A stretch of 62,375 nt of DNA, filler included, from Babesia bigemina (GCF_000981445.1; 13 parts of 13 records of this genome joined end to end with filler, not necessarily neighbours in it), one strand, 5' to 3'; positions 49,908 through 60,729 are shown, counted from the first letter of the whole stretch. The notes: a model not told the origin generated them from the letters alone. Program-made: numbers and translations.

Positions 49908-50342
49908 TTAGTTGTAAAATGCGATGCAAAACGGTAAATCACGGACCCTGTGGAACGGCCGGATGCGGAAGTAGATCATGACGCAGACAACGATGATGAC
50001 GAGGGCGACGGCGGCGATGATGATGGGGAGGACGTTGGGGGAATTGGCGGTAGGCTGTTGCGTGTCGGTCCGACGCTGAGCGGTGGGGAGAGAGGCGGCA
50101 CTGCAGGCGGGAATTTCTCCACGTGCACATTTCGCTCTACAACAATTACATTGACATTTAGACTCGTTGCCTTTACATTGGGTGTCGCACCCCGACGGAG
50201 GGCATTCCTTGCTTTTTCTGCGCAAATTTTTAAACAGCAAACATGCAATGCAATGGCTGCTATTATTACATCCCGAACAGCACCACGGACAGCACTTACA
50301 CTCCTTAAGAAATGTACATCCAGTACCGCAATCGCAGTCCAT
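49908..50342 (-). CDS. Small Cys-rich single-pass membrane protein, copy 2
   Basis: DCDCGTGC..CKCCPWCC..CDTQCKGNESKCQCNCC, TM LPIIIAAVALVIIVVCVMIYF, tail RIRPFHRV; paralog of 23614-24099. Confidence 0.78.
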   Translation of the reverse strand: MDCDCGTGCTFLKECKCCPWCCSGCNNSSHCIACLLFKNLRRKSKECPPSGCDTQCKGNESKCQCNCCRAKCARGEIPACSAASLPTAQRRTDTQQPTANSPNVLPIIIAAVALVIIVVCVMIYFRIRPFHRVRDLPFCIAFYN

Positions 50343-50371
50343 CTTCCCCTTCTCCTCCCACTCCCCTCAAC

Positions 50372-50723
50372 CTGCAAGCATATCAATCACCTATGCAAGC
50401 ACTCACCAACTGCAACACGTACCACTGCCGCTCCCAGTCCCCTCAACCTGCAAACATATCAATCACTCAAGCAGCACTTACCAACCTACTACATGAACAC
50501 GCACCTCAGCAACGCACTCACCAACCTACAACATGAACACGCACCTAAGCAACGCACTCACCAACCTACAACATGAACACGCACCTAAGCAACGCACTCA
50601 CCAACCTACAACATGAACACGCACCTAAGCAACGCACTCACCAACCTACAACATGAACACGCACCTAAGCAACGCACTCACCAACCTACAACATGAACAC
50701 GCACCTAAGCAACGCACACTGAC
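50372..50723 (-). repeat. Mini-intron array: six 40-bp units (36-38-nt GT..AG plus GTTG) followed by two introns of the 75-bp family
   Basis: Intron-like segments at 50686-50723, 50646-50681, 50606-50641, 50566-50601, 50526-50561, 50486-50521, 50448-50481 and 50372-50406. Confidence 0.9.
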
Positions 50724-51432
50724 CGTCGCCCATCTGCGCTCCGAACAACCGGATGGGCGCCATTCGGCGCACAGGCAGCCACTTCGCTACTATGCATCTA
50801 TCACAACACTGATATGTTTTAGTTAACGCATGTGGCTGCTGTCTTTGCCGTGGCATGCAGGTCAACCAGTGCCAGTTGGGAAGGCCACTCTGCATCACAG
50901 ACAACGCCACCCCTGTAACAGCCTGCAAGTGCCATGAAGTTTCTGCGTTGAGAACAAACGCTGTACACTATAGCACATTCAGCGACGTCACTACTCACCT
51001 TCGTGCCTCTTACAACCTCACCGTTACCGTGTCACCCAGTCGCCACCCCGTCGAATTGCCCCGACATCAGCCACCACCTAGACCAACATTACCAATTCGT
51101 TGGTTGTACACGGTTTTAGTCGTCAGATGATACAGCTTTGTGGAGCGGTAGATAGGCTGATACTTCACTTAGCACGGCAGATGGTCATACGGCAACAGGG
51201 GCCAGCACCCACCACGCCCACAATCCACCCTGCCACACCGCCTTAGTCAGGTCCCTTTGATGCCTATAAGCGTGCAATGTTATGATGTTCTGTAAAGACT
51301 GATAATACGCCAACATGATTTTGATGCTTATTTTGTTTTGGACGTCCAATCCGCTGGGTGAGGTGCATTAGGGTTTAGGCTGCGTGAGGTGGACTGCGTC
51401 GGAGCAGTGACGGGGGTTGGACGAATTATCGT
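50724..51432 (-). promoter_or_regulatory. Conserved upstream module of Cys-rich TM gene copy 2
   Basis: Collinear with 24247-24953. Confidence 0.55.
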
Positions 51433-52800
51433 GGTAGCACAAATTAATCACTGAGTAGATATGTTATGCTGCAGCTGGAGTGCGTGTTCGAATCTATAAT
51501 CGCCCATCCACTGGTTTGGTGTCATGTAGGTCGGCCACCTTGCCGGGTCCCAGCCACCTAGCAATCATCACAGTGGGTAGTGCGACTGGAGATAGGTCAT
51601 TGAGGTTAAGCAGCGCGGGGTGTCGGCGTATAATAGCAGAAGTGACTGGGGGTGGCGCCGTGATTTGCCGCTGTTGTGCCACGTCCCTCACTGTTGCAGT
51701 GGGCCATGCGGTCGATGCGGCGACTAGGTGATTAGCGGTGGTACTTGTGATACGCATTAATTTGAGGTTAATGCGGCACAAATAGCGAATGTTAGGCATC
51801 AAATGACGAGTGCTTGCTATGCTGAGTTGGTCAGACTCATGTCCAGCAGGACGCTCACAGGTGGAGGCACCGCCAGCTGCAAAACGAACGCCATCCATGA
51901 GGTGGGAAACCGCTGGCTGTGCACGGACCATCACTCTAGAGATGAAGCAGGTAGTCAACAGAGGATGATCCTTGTGTTTCAAATGTTTTGCAGACCGACG
52001 GAGCTGAGGAGCCGGGTCTCGACTTTGCTGACGAGCACTTGTGACATCAGCTTGGCGGCGTGTCTCTTGATGAGGCAGGGGAGAGCATGTCGGCCACTGA
52101 TGAACGCGTCAAGTAATGAGTTATAATGATTACTATGTAGTGCTAGTAATTCAATTTAGTAGGGAGGCGGAATGAGGTGTGACATTCCGGCCATCCCCTC
52201 TCGTTGTCAAGATCGCAATTAACATCAGGCATATTAATTTAATGCGGAGAGGACATTGGTGCGTGTTTGTGTTTATGATGTGCGTTGTTTATGTTGTATT
52301 TGCTGCTTGGTTCAAGTCGTGTGGAGTGTGGCTTGGTCAGAGCGTTGCCTGGCACCGTGGTTAGGTCTTTGGTGGGCCTTTTGGGTAGCGCTTTGGTGAG
52401 GTGTTTCGTTCATGTTATGCTTTATTGGTTGGTTGTGTAGTTGATTATAGTGGTGGTAAAGGTGTTGGTTAATGTGCTGTGCAGTGATATGTTGAGTGCT
52501 TAGCTTTTGTGTTGGTCACGTCGGTGGCTGCGGTCAGTGGCATGGCGTGGCGGTTAAGCGCCGAAATAATGACACTGAGTAGCGTCACAGTAACGTTGAA
52601 TAGGCACACGGGTAGCGCAGTCATAGCGTTGTTAGCGGCGGGAATAGTTGCGTAGTTGCGGTGGCAGTCTATCCGTCCCACCCAGGCAGCGGTGAGTCAT
52701 GACGGTGGAAAAGGGCTTGGTGATTAAGGTGGTGGACTTGTAGGCGAATTGTACGCTGAGTTAGGCGGCACATAGTGATTGTACGTGCATAGTGAAATTA

Positions 52801-54158
52801 CAATAACAAGGCAAATTAGAATCAAGGCTTATCTAAGGCCAGAAACAGGAAGATGAGTAGCTGAATAAGATAAGATGAGTAGCTGAATAAGATGAGTAGC
52901 AATAACAAGGCAAATTAGAATCAAGGCTTATCTAAGGCCAGAAACAGGAAGATGAGTAGCTGAATAAGATAAGATGAGTAGCTGAATAAGATAAGATGCG
53001 TAGCTGAATAAGATAAGATGAGTAGCTGAATAAGATAAGATGAGTAGCTGAATAAGATAAGATGAGTAGCTGAATAAGATAAGATGAGTAGCTGAATAAG
53101 ATAAGATGAGTAGCTGAATAAGATAAGATGAGTAGCTGAATAAGATAAGATGAGTAGCTGAATAAGATAAGATGAGTAGCAATAACAAGGCAAATTAGAA
53201 TCAAGGCTTATCTAAGGCCGAGCGAAGTGAGGCCAGAAAAAGGAAGATGAGTAGCTGAATAAGATAAGATGAGTAGCTGAATAAGATAAGATGAGTAGCT
53301 GAATAAGATAAGATGAGTAGCTGAATAAGATAAGATGAGTAGCTGAATAAGATAAGATGAGTAGCTGAATAAGATAAGATGAGTAGCTGAATAAGATAAG
53401 ATGAGTAGCTGAATAAGATAAGATGAGTAGCTGAATAAGATGAGTAGCAATAACAAGGCAAATTAGAATCAAGGCTTATCTAAGGCCAGAAACAGGAAGA
53501 TGAGTAGCTGAATAAGATAAGATGAGTAGCTGAATAAGATAAGATGAGTAGCTGAATAAGATAAGATGAGTAGCTGAATAAGATGAGTAGCTGAATAAGA
53601 TAAGATGAGTAGCTGAATAAGATAAGATGAGTAGCTGAATAAGATAAGATGAGTAGCTGAATAAGATAAGATGAGTAGCTGAATAAGATAAGATGAGTAG
53701 CTGAATAAGATAAGATGAGTAGCTGAATAAGATAAGATGAGTAGCAATAACAAGGCAAATTAGAATCAAGGCTTATCTAAGGCCGAGCGAAGTGAGGCCA
53801 GAAACAGGAAGATGAGTAGCTGAATAAGATAAGATGAGTAGCTGAATAAGATAAGATGAGTAGCTGAATAAGATAAGATGAGTAGCTGAATAAGATAAGA
53901 TGAGTAGCTGAATAAGATAAGATGAGTAGCTGAATAAGATAAGATGAGTAGCTGAATAAGATAAGATGAGTAGCTGAATAAGATAAGATGAGTAGCTGAA
54001 TAAGCTAAGATGAGTAGCTGAATAAGATAAGATGAGTACCTGAATAAGATAAGATGAGTAGCTGAATAAGATAAGATGAGCCGCTGAATAAGATAAGATG
54101 AGTAGCAATAACAAAACAAATTAGAATCAAGGCTTATCTAAGGCCGAGCGAAGTGAGG
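52801..54158. repeat. Higher-order satellite: runs of 22-bp GATGAGTAGCTGAATAAGATAA separated by a constant 51/66-bp spacer
   Basis: Spacer CAATAACAAGGCAAATTAGAATCAAGGCTTATCTAAGGCC(GAGCGAAGTGAGGCC)AGAAACAGGAA starts at 52801, 52900, 53180, 53448, 53745 and 54106. Confidence 0.96.
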
Positions 54159-54258
54159 NNNNNNNNNNNNNNNNNNNNNNNNNNNNNNNNNNNNNNNNNN
54201 NNTTAATTAATTAANNNNNNNNNNNNNNNNNNNNNNNNNNNNNNNNNNNNNNNNNNNN

Positions 54259-54693
54259 AACGCACTCTACATCGCTCCCTAACCCACTCTACATCGCCCC
54301 TTTATCCACTCTACATCGCTCCCTAACCCACTCTACATCGCTCCTTAATCCACTCTACATCGCTCCCTAACCCACTCTACATCGCTCCCTAACCCACTCT
54401 ACATCGCCCCTTAACCCACTCTACATCGCTCCCTAACCCACTCCACATCGCTCCTTTATCCACTCTACATCGCTCCTTAACCCACTCTACATCGCTCCCT
54501 AATCCACTCCACATCGCTCCCTAACCCACTCCACATCGCCCCTTAACCTCTTCTAATCGCTCCCTTATCCACCCTACATCGCTCCCTAACCCACCTTACA
54601 TCGCTCCTTAACCCACTCTACATCGCCCCTTAACCCACTCTACATCGCCCCTTTATCCACTCCACATCGCTCCCTTATCCACTCTACATCGCT
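54259..54693 (+). repeat. 22-bp ves-associated minisatellite
   Basis: Same unit; directly 5' of ves1. Confidence 0.97.
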
Positions 54694-54752
54694 TGAATTA
54701 CCTCGCCATATTACCGCTATGACTACTATAAACCATTAGAATAACTTGTGCC

Positions 54753-57700
54753 TTGTCACCCTTTACTTCCCTTCTGACTGAGTCCATCGACTGGTTGATC
54801 CAGGTTAGGCACGGAAATGGTGATGGTAAGGGTCTTACCAAGTTGTCTCAAGCTTTGAAAAAGTTGATTGAGGAGGCTATAAAAAAAGCCGAAACTAGTC
54901 TTAGTGACCGCTATTCCAAGCTTATTTGCACTGGAAAAGAGCCATATATACCCTCTTCTACCTCCGCTTCAGGAAGCGTTGCCTCCTACTGTCAGTCTCA
55001 GGAGACTGCAATTCAAAAAGCTAATGAACAACTTAAAACTCTAGAATCTAATAATCCTAATGACTCTAAAAAGCAAATTGATGAACTAAACGCTAAAATC
55101 GAGAAACTTAAAGCTGCTAAAAATGACTGTGCTAAGACCCATCACCTCCCTGAGGAGGAGAGGCAGAAGGGATTGGCTGAAGTGAAGCAGCAGATGAAAA
55201 TTGTTGAGAAACTTAAGAAATTTGCTACTGAACTTGGTGAAAATGATAATATTTTAACGCATTTATGTGACGGCCTCGAAAAGTTTCTCGGCTTCAACTC
55301 TGAGTCCAAAGGCTACACTGGCCAGGGGATTGTGTACTCTGACCTGGATAGGCTGTGTGACGGGGTGATGGGATTTTTGAGTGGTGTGCTTGAAGCAGTG
55401 AAAAACGAAAATGAAGTGACAACTTATGATGTTAACCGCGAAAATAAGCTTAGTAAAGTGCTTACAACTTTAAACGACAATATAGGTAAAGGCAGTAAAG
55501 GCCTTGAGACGGCCCTGGGCGACGTAACCTGGTGGCTTGGAGATTATGAGATAGACTTGATTAAAAAAACCGAGCGAGTGACGGAATATTTGGGTAAGTT
55601 CGTACATGATTTGGGTGATAAACATTTTATTTCTGTTTCAGGCAAAGACTCAAGACCTCTGGTAGAGCAGCTGCACGCGTGGAAGACTACAGTTTATCAA
55701 ATTGATAAAGACATTAACAACGCTGAGACAAATTACATTAATGTGTTAGACAGTACTCTAAAATCTAAAATTAAATGCGAAACACATATGATTAGCGAAG
55801 CTGTTAAAATGTTTAATAAGAGTGCTTGGGATGAGGTATTCGAGGGGCAGGTGAAACAGGTGGATGAGATTATACGTGATGAGCAAACAAAATTGTTGAC
55901 AGTGGTCGGCAATCAAGTGTATCAACTGGAGGACAGATTGGATCGAGAATTCACCAAAATCGACAGCAAAATCGTCGACCTTGAGATGACTAAAAAATCA
56001 GAATTCATCGACTTTGAAAGGGTTCTGAAGGAAGCTCGAAGATTTTTGTATGAAGATTTTGACAAGGATTATACAAACAACATCGCATTTAAGTTCACAG
56101 AGATAATCAGGGCAGTTGAGAAACTGCATGGAGATCTCTTCGTGAAAAAAGCGGAGCTCGAAGGATTGGTCAGCGAAATGCAAGGGACGCTGAAGATGCT
56201 GTCGGACAATTTCGAGACCGATGTGAAAGCAGGTGTAAGGGGAAATTTAAGTGAAATGAAAACGTCAATTAACGAGATAAAAAGCCATATCAATGACAGT
56301 ACAAATAACGGTAGGGGTTTGCTTGGCGCTCTGTTGAAAGATATCGAAAACGTCCAATCAGAGGTTGTAAAGAAAGTTAGCTTAATTGAAGAGAAGTCTA
56401 AAAGCTTGGATAGTAAGTACAGCGGTGATTCCGAAAAGTTTCATGAACAATTCATTAATTTAACGTCGAGTGTAGCAGATCTACACACGTCTGGAATCAG
56501 TAGTGGGCTGCGTACTTGGGTTCACAGGGTTGGTGGACAGTTGAAGGAGCTTGAAAAGATTCATGAGACGGTCCATGGAGAGGTAATGCAGTCGTTAAGT
56601 CAAGTAACGACTGCATTGAGCGAGCAAATAGTGAGCCTCAAGAGGCAGATTAACGAGAAATTGGTGGCGTATGTAAACAAGTTGGCGAATGCAGATGATA
56701 GTGACCTAAATGAATGGGAACAAGTCTTCACCGATGCCAAAGTATATCCTGGAAGAAATAATATACGTGATATGAAAGCCGCAATAAAGAAGGACTCTAC
56801 CAGAATAGCCGGGCAGCTAAATGCTCAAGTTGAGCAGGCAAATGAAGACATCAACAGTTTTGCAACTGCGGCAGCGAAAGAGGGTACCAATAAATTTAAA
56901 GAGACGCTTGACAATAAAATTAACAAGCATAGTAACAATGGTGTGAGTGGGGGTATATGTGGGTTAATTAAAAAGGAATTTGATAAACTCATAGGACCAT
57001 TCAATGACAGCGAAGTACATCCTTTCCGCAGGGCATTTAGGGATTTCGATAAGCAGCTAAAGAAGTTGAAGAAACAGTCTTCAGCTACGCTGGAGATAGA
57101 GTCAGAAATCAAATCACTTGTGGGATACTTGGGTAGTGCTGTTACTAACCTTGAACAAGACATTGAGAAATTTGGCAGTACTGCAGCTGCACATACGAAG
57201 AATTCGGCCAGAATTGCAATCGGAGAGGCTGCGTCAAAAATAGCCGCGGAAATTGAGATGTTCGAAGAAAACCACGCCGACGCGTTTGTTGGTACTCAAC
57301 TCGGTGCGAAGGTACAAGAACTAAGAAAACACATAACCAAACTAGAAACGTATGTTACAAATGATGGTAAGGGGGCGATTGATTCAAATATTAAAGAGAT
57401 ACATACGAAAGTTCTCGATAGCCTTGGCAACCTTATTAGAGAAAATGATGGTGTCTCAGGCGGTGAGCAGTCCGATTTAATAAACAAGAAAAGGGTTGAA
57501 ACGCATAAGAAAATGGAAGCTCTGAAAAACGAAATGAAGGATAAGCTATATGCTATGGAATTAGAAACTGCGGAAGCAAGTGACAAATTAGCTGCCGTTA
57601 TAAAACGCGTACAGATGTCTCTTCAAAAAGCCCACAAATCGTCGACTGATGCCGTCATTAAGATAAAAAATGAGATTACCGACGCCGTCACAAAAGCGTT

Positions 57701-60605
57701 CCAAATAATCACAGAGGAAGTACAAAAACTTTTCGCCAGGCAAAAAACAGCTGACCTTTTGGCTCTGAAAGATCTAGTTAACCGACAGTTGAGAACGGTA
57801 AAACGCATAATTAAGAAAGATTTAGAAAGCGGTAACAAAGGCTTCCTAAAGACCTTGGCAGATAGTGTAACTAAATCGTCGATTGGAAATAAAGCGCATA
57901 TTAAGTTTCTGGAAGCTCCGGATACAAGAACGAATGTTCATACAGCATCCGATGCATTCCGCAAATGCTACTGGGGAATTGAGGCGTATTTAAAAAAAGA
58001 GATCACCAGACTGCATAACGACAATACGTCAAGCACCAACCCTGTGAACGCAGATGAATCAAGTTACACTAATCGATTCACCGGTGTAGGTGGCGCATTA
58101 ACGACATTACTTGAGCACATTAGCGAGCAAAACAAGTACGACCACCGCGTCCCCTCCATGCTGTCCGACCTCCGCGCCGCTGTCACGGCCCTCAAGCCTG
58201 ACGGCTTTTCCACGCCGAACGCTGCCACGTTGGACTGCATCACGAGCGGGCTCACTAAATTCGCAGATGAGCTGGACAAGGCGTACGTGTCGGTGTATGA
58301 TGGGCATCCAGATCCAATTGATTTCAGTCAACTGATAGTAACTAAGCCAGCACCTGTACCTAAAGAACCTAAACAGAAAGTTGATAATTCACAACCATCT
58401 CAGGATGTTTTAACTGCGGAGGGTGAGAAGTTGTGTAAAGTGTTCTTCACCTTACTAGAGATTTTGCTTTATGATTTTACGTATTTAAAGGAGGAGTGTG
58501 GTGAGCGCTGGAAAACTGAGAAACTCTGTCAGAATGACGGAGGTAGAGAAAATCCCCTCGGAATATATTTACAGCGCTGCGGTTACGAAGTCGCACAAAA
58601 CGAAAGTTCCAAGGATGGTGAATTGAGGTGCCACGAAGAGATGAAGGGTGAGAAGATACATAATACATTTATAGTCGGTGCATATCCTGCATTATTCGAC
58701 ACCGATAAAGATGCAACACGCGCTTTCCAAACACTTGCCGACTGCCTAAATCTCTATTACCAAGTGTGCCACTACTCCACGTTATTCTCGAAGAAGCATC
58801 CATCGTCCGTGTACCAAATGCTCACGTGGTTCAGCGGCCTGCCACATAGTCCCGTGTATGATGACCTATCGCTCAACGGTTTCGGAGGCCTATTCAAAAA
58901 GCCGGAGCACGACGACAGCGAGGAGCCTACTATCTCGTTTGGAGATGTAAGTTACGAATCACATGATGCCTACCCTGCGCCTATTACAGCAACAGGTCTG
59001 TCACAAACGCTGACCGAAGTATGCACCAACGCCCATTCTACACTGACCGCCATTCTGGGTCACGGACACGCAGGAGGCACATACGCCGTTGACTACAATA
59101 CCAACGCAGCCGGACTAGCGTATCCAGCCAACCCAAGTCAGTGCTTAGACCTGCTGGTTGAGCTGGCACTCAGGTTGTACCACCAGTTGTGTTTCCTACA
59201 CGTTCAGTGCTCGCGCAAAGACTACGCTGTATCATGGCGTGACTGTTACTACGGTCGGTACGTCGCCGGGTCAGACTGGAGGTGCAATGACAAGCAATGT
59301 GTCAACCAAATGGGTAACCAAATAGCTGACCAAAAGGCCAACCAAACGTGCGGTCAAACGTGTGAGCAACATCCAAAGTGCGGACTCAAGTCACCACTCC
59401 AATCATTCCTGGAAGATGGGCTGGCCGGTTTCATACCGCATCCATACAGCAAGGCTAACTGTAAGTTATCATGTGATATGGCCAACCACCGTGGCTTGCC
59501 GTGCAAGACTCCGATGGGATTCGGTGAAATTAGCGTCAAAGCCTCGCATACGCAGAAGGGTGAGCATATTGCAGAAGCATTAGCAGATTTTTGTGGCAAG
59601 CAAAACTCGCCCCTCGTTAAGCTGTGCGCTCAACTCACGTGCTTACTACAACGAGTGCCGCAGACCTTAGACGATCTGTTCTCATTCTACTACAACCTGC
59701 TCAATGGGTGGGATAATATGAAGATTAAGAAATGTATGCTGCACAGGGAGAAAGCGTTAGAGGCTGCAGTTACTGGCGCCTACTTCGGCGAAGCATACCC
59801 GGAACTGGACATCACTCCGATGTTTAAGAGCGGTGAGAAAAACGACACTCAGCATTCTAAGGGCAATGTGTTGTGCGTCGTAAACTGCAATAATACCTCG
59901 CCAACTGCTACCTGCGGCCGGTATCTCTTGCCTCTTAGCGTCAACGCGTGGAGTGTTTACTCGGAAAAGAACGCCGACAAATACCTCTCGTGGATCGTGT
60001 ACCTCACCGAGACATTCTATCAATGGCTGCAACAGCTGTATAATGAGTGTTGCAATTATTGCAATAAGCCGGGCAGCAGGTGTTTCGGCAAAGTCTGTTC
60101 CAAAACGTGCCCCGTTAAATCTGCTTATGCATCCGAGGAGGCAGCCACTAATCTTGTCGGCAAAAAGCATACCAGAGACTGCAAGTCCATTGCCAACTGC
60201 CCCTCCACTCGTCCCACTTTATGTAGATACGGCTTCGTATTTAACAGCTCATCGAATCTAAGCGGCGCTAAATTTGACGAGACCAAGCGTACGTGCAACG
60301 ATATCTGCCAAGCTTTGCAGAAAGTGCTCAGTGACAAAGAAGCTGACGAAGCTCCACTCGCGGTACTGATATACAGAACCATACCGCAATTCCTTTGGGA
60401 CATCAGACAGAAATTCTTCTGGCTCAACGTCGCCCTCTGGTCACTCTCGTTCCTCTACCTCATCCACATCATGGTCATCCGCCTCGACCTGCTCCACATC
60501 AAATCGCATTTGCACTCACCATCATCACATCGCATTGCTGCTCAATCACTACTTGCTGCTGGACGTGTTGGCAAGCTTAACAGAGTGTTTTACCTGCAAC
60601 CATAA
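54753..60605 (+). CDS. ves1: ves1-like antigen, near full length (1950 codons), YLQP tail class, no start ATG
   Basis: ESIDWLIQVRHG, LCDGLEKFLGF..GIVYSDLDRLCDGVMGFLSGVL, AYVSVYDG, KSPLQSFLED, PCKTPMGF, YLSWIVYL, TM, RLDLLHIKSHL..YLQP. The ORF call starts at TTG, with an upstream in-frame TAA at 54729. Confidence 0.93.
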   Translation: MSPFTSLLTESIDWLIQVRHGNGDGKGLTKLSQALKKLIEEAIKKAETSLSDRYSKLICTGKEPYIPSSTSASGSVASYCQSQETAIQKANEQLKTLESNNPNDSKKQIDELNAKIEKLKAAKNDCAKTHHLPEEERQKGLAEVKQQMKIVEKLKKFATELGENDNILTHLCDGLEKFLGFNSESKGYTGQGIVYSDLDRLCDGVMGFLSGVLEAVKNENEVTTYDVNRENKLSKVLTTLNDNIGKGSKGLETALGDVTWWLGDYEIDLIKKTERVTEYLGKFVHDLGDKHFISVSGKDSRPLVEQLHAWKTTVYQIDKDINNAETNYINVLDSTLKSKIKCETHMISEAVKMFNKSAWDEVFEGQVKQVDEIIRDEQTKLLTVVGNQVYQLEDRLDREFTKIDSKIVDLEMTKKSEFIDFERVLKEARRFLYEDFDKDYTNNIAFKFTEIIRAVEKLHGDLFVKKAELEGLVSEMQGTLKMLSDNFETDVKAGVRGNLSEMKTSINEIKSHINDSTNNGRGLLGALLKDIENVQSEVVKKVSLIEEKSKSLDSKYSGDSEKFHEQFINLTSSVADLHTSGISSGLRTWVHRVGGQLKELEKIHETVHGEVMQSLSQVTTALSEQIVSLKRQINEKLVAYVNKLANADDSDLNEWEQVFTDAKVYPGRNNIRDMKAAIKKDSTRIAGQLNAQVEQANEDINSFATAAAKEGTNKFKETLDNKINKHSNNGVSGGICGLIKKEFDKLIGPFNDSEVHPFRRAFRDFDKQLKKLKKQSSATLEIESEIKSLVGYLGSAVTNLEQDIEKFGSTAAAHTKNSARIAIGEAASKIAAEIEMFEENHADAFVGTQLGAKVQELRKHITKLETYVTNDGKGAIDSNIKEIHTKVLDSLGNLIRENDGVSGGEQSDLINKKRVETHKKMEALKNEMKDKLYAMELETAEASDKLAAVIKRVQMSLQKAHKSSTDAVIKIKNEITDAVTKAFQIITEEVQKLFARQKTADLLALKDLVNRQLRTVKRIIKKDLESGNKGFLKTLADSVTKSSIGNKAHIKFLEAPDTRTNVHTASDAFRKCYWGIEAYLKKEITRLHNDNTSSTNPVNADESSYTNRFTGVGGALTTLLEHISEQNKYDHRVPSMLSDLRAAVTALKPDGFSTPNAATLDCITSGLTKFADELDKAYVSVYDGHPDPIDFSQLIVTKPAPVPKEPKQKVDNSQPSQDVLTAEGEKLCKVFFTLLEILLYDFTYLKEECGERWKTEKLCQNDGGRENPLGIYLQRCGYEVAQNESSKDGELRCHEEMKGEKIHNTFIVGAYPALFDTDKDATRAFQTLADCLNLYYQVCHYSTLFSKKHPSSVYQMLTWFSGLPHSPVYDDLSLNGFGGLFKKPEHDDSEEPTISFGDVSYESHDAYPAPITATGLSQTLTEVCTNAHSTLTAILGHGHAGGTYAVDYNTNAAGLAYPANPSQCLDLLVELALRLYHQLCFLHVQCSRKDYAVSWRDCYYGRYVAGSDWRCNDKQCVNQMGNQIADQKANQTCGQTCEQHPKCGLKSPLQSFLEDGLAGFIPHPYSKANCKLSCDMANHRGLPCKTPMGFGEISVKASHTQKGEHIAEALADFCGKQNSPLVKLCAQLTCLLQRVPQTLDDLFSFYYNLLNGWDNMKIKKCMLHREKALEAAVTGAYFGEAYPELDITPMFKSGEKNDTQHSKGNVLCVVNCNNTSPTATCGRYLLPLSVNAWSVYSEKNADKYLSWIVYLTETFYQWLQQLYNECCNYCNKPGSRCFGKVCSKTCPVKSAYASEEAATNLVGKKHTRDCKSIANCPSTRPTLCRYGFVFNSSSNLSGAKFDETKRTCNDICQALQKVLSDKEADEAPLAVLIYRTIPQFLWDIRQKFFWLNVALWSLSFLYLIHIMVIRLDLLHIKSHLHSPSSHRIAAQSLLAAGRVGKLNRVFYLQP

Positions 60606-60729
60606 TCGTACTCACGTGTTCACTGTCTACACTCACCTAGCATATCACCTACTCACCTAACTTATGAATTGTGCTTTAATGTGTTGCATCACTCATTCAT
60701 CGTTGTAAGTGATTGTGTAGTAGTTAACT

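Noticed and set aside
51368..51379. Interstitial TTAGGGTTTAGG in the conserved upstream module
   Set aside because: Under two repeats, and altered in the paralog (TTAGGGTTTCGG at ~24889); too short to support a function.
52921..54119. SYSATHLILF.. ORFs in three frames
   Set aside because: Translation artefacts of a stop-free 22-bp satellite.
52801..54158. CRISPR-like repeat/spacer appearance
   Set aside because: Spacers are identical rather than unique, the repeats are tandem, the host is eukaryotic and there are no cas genes.
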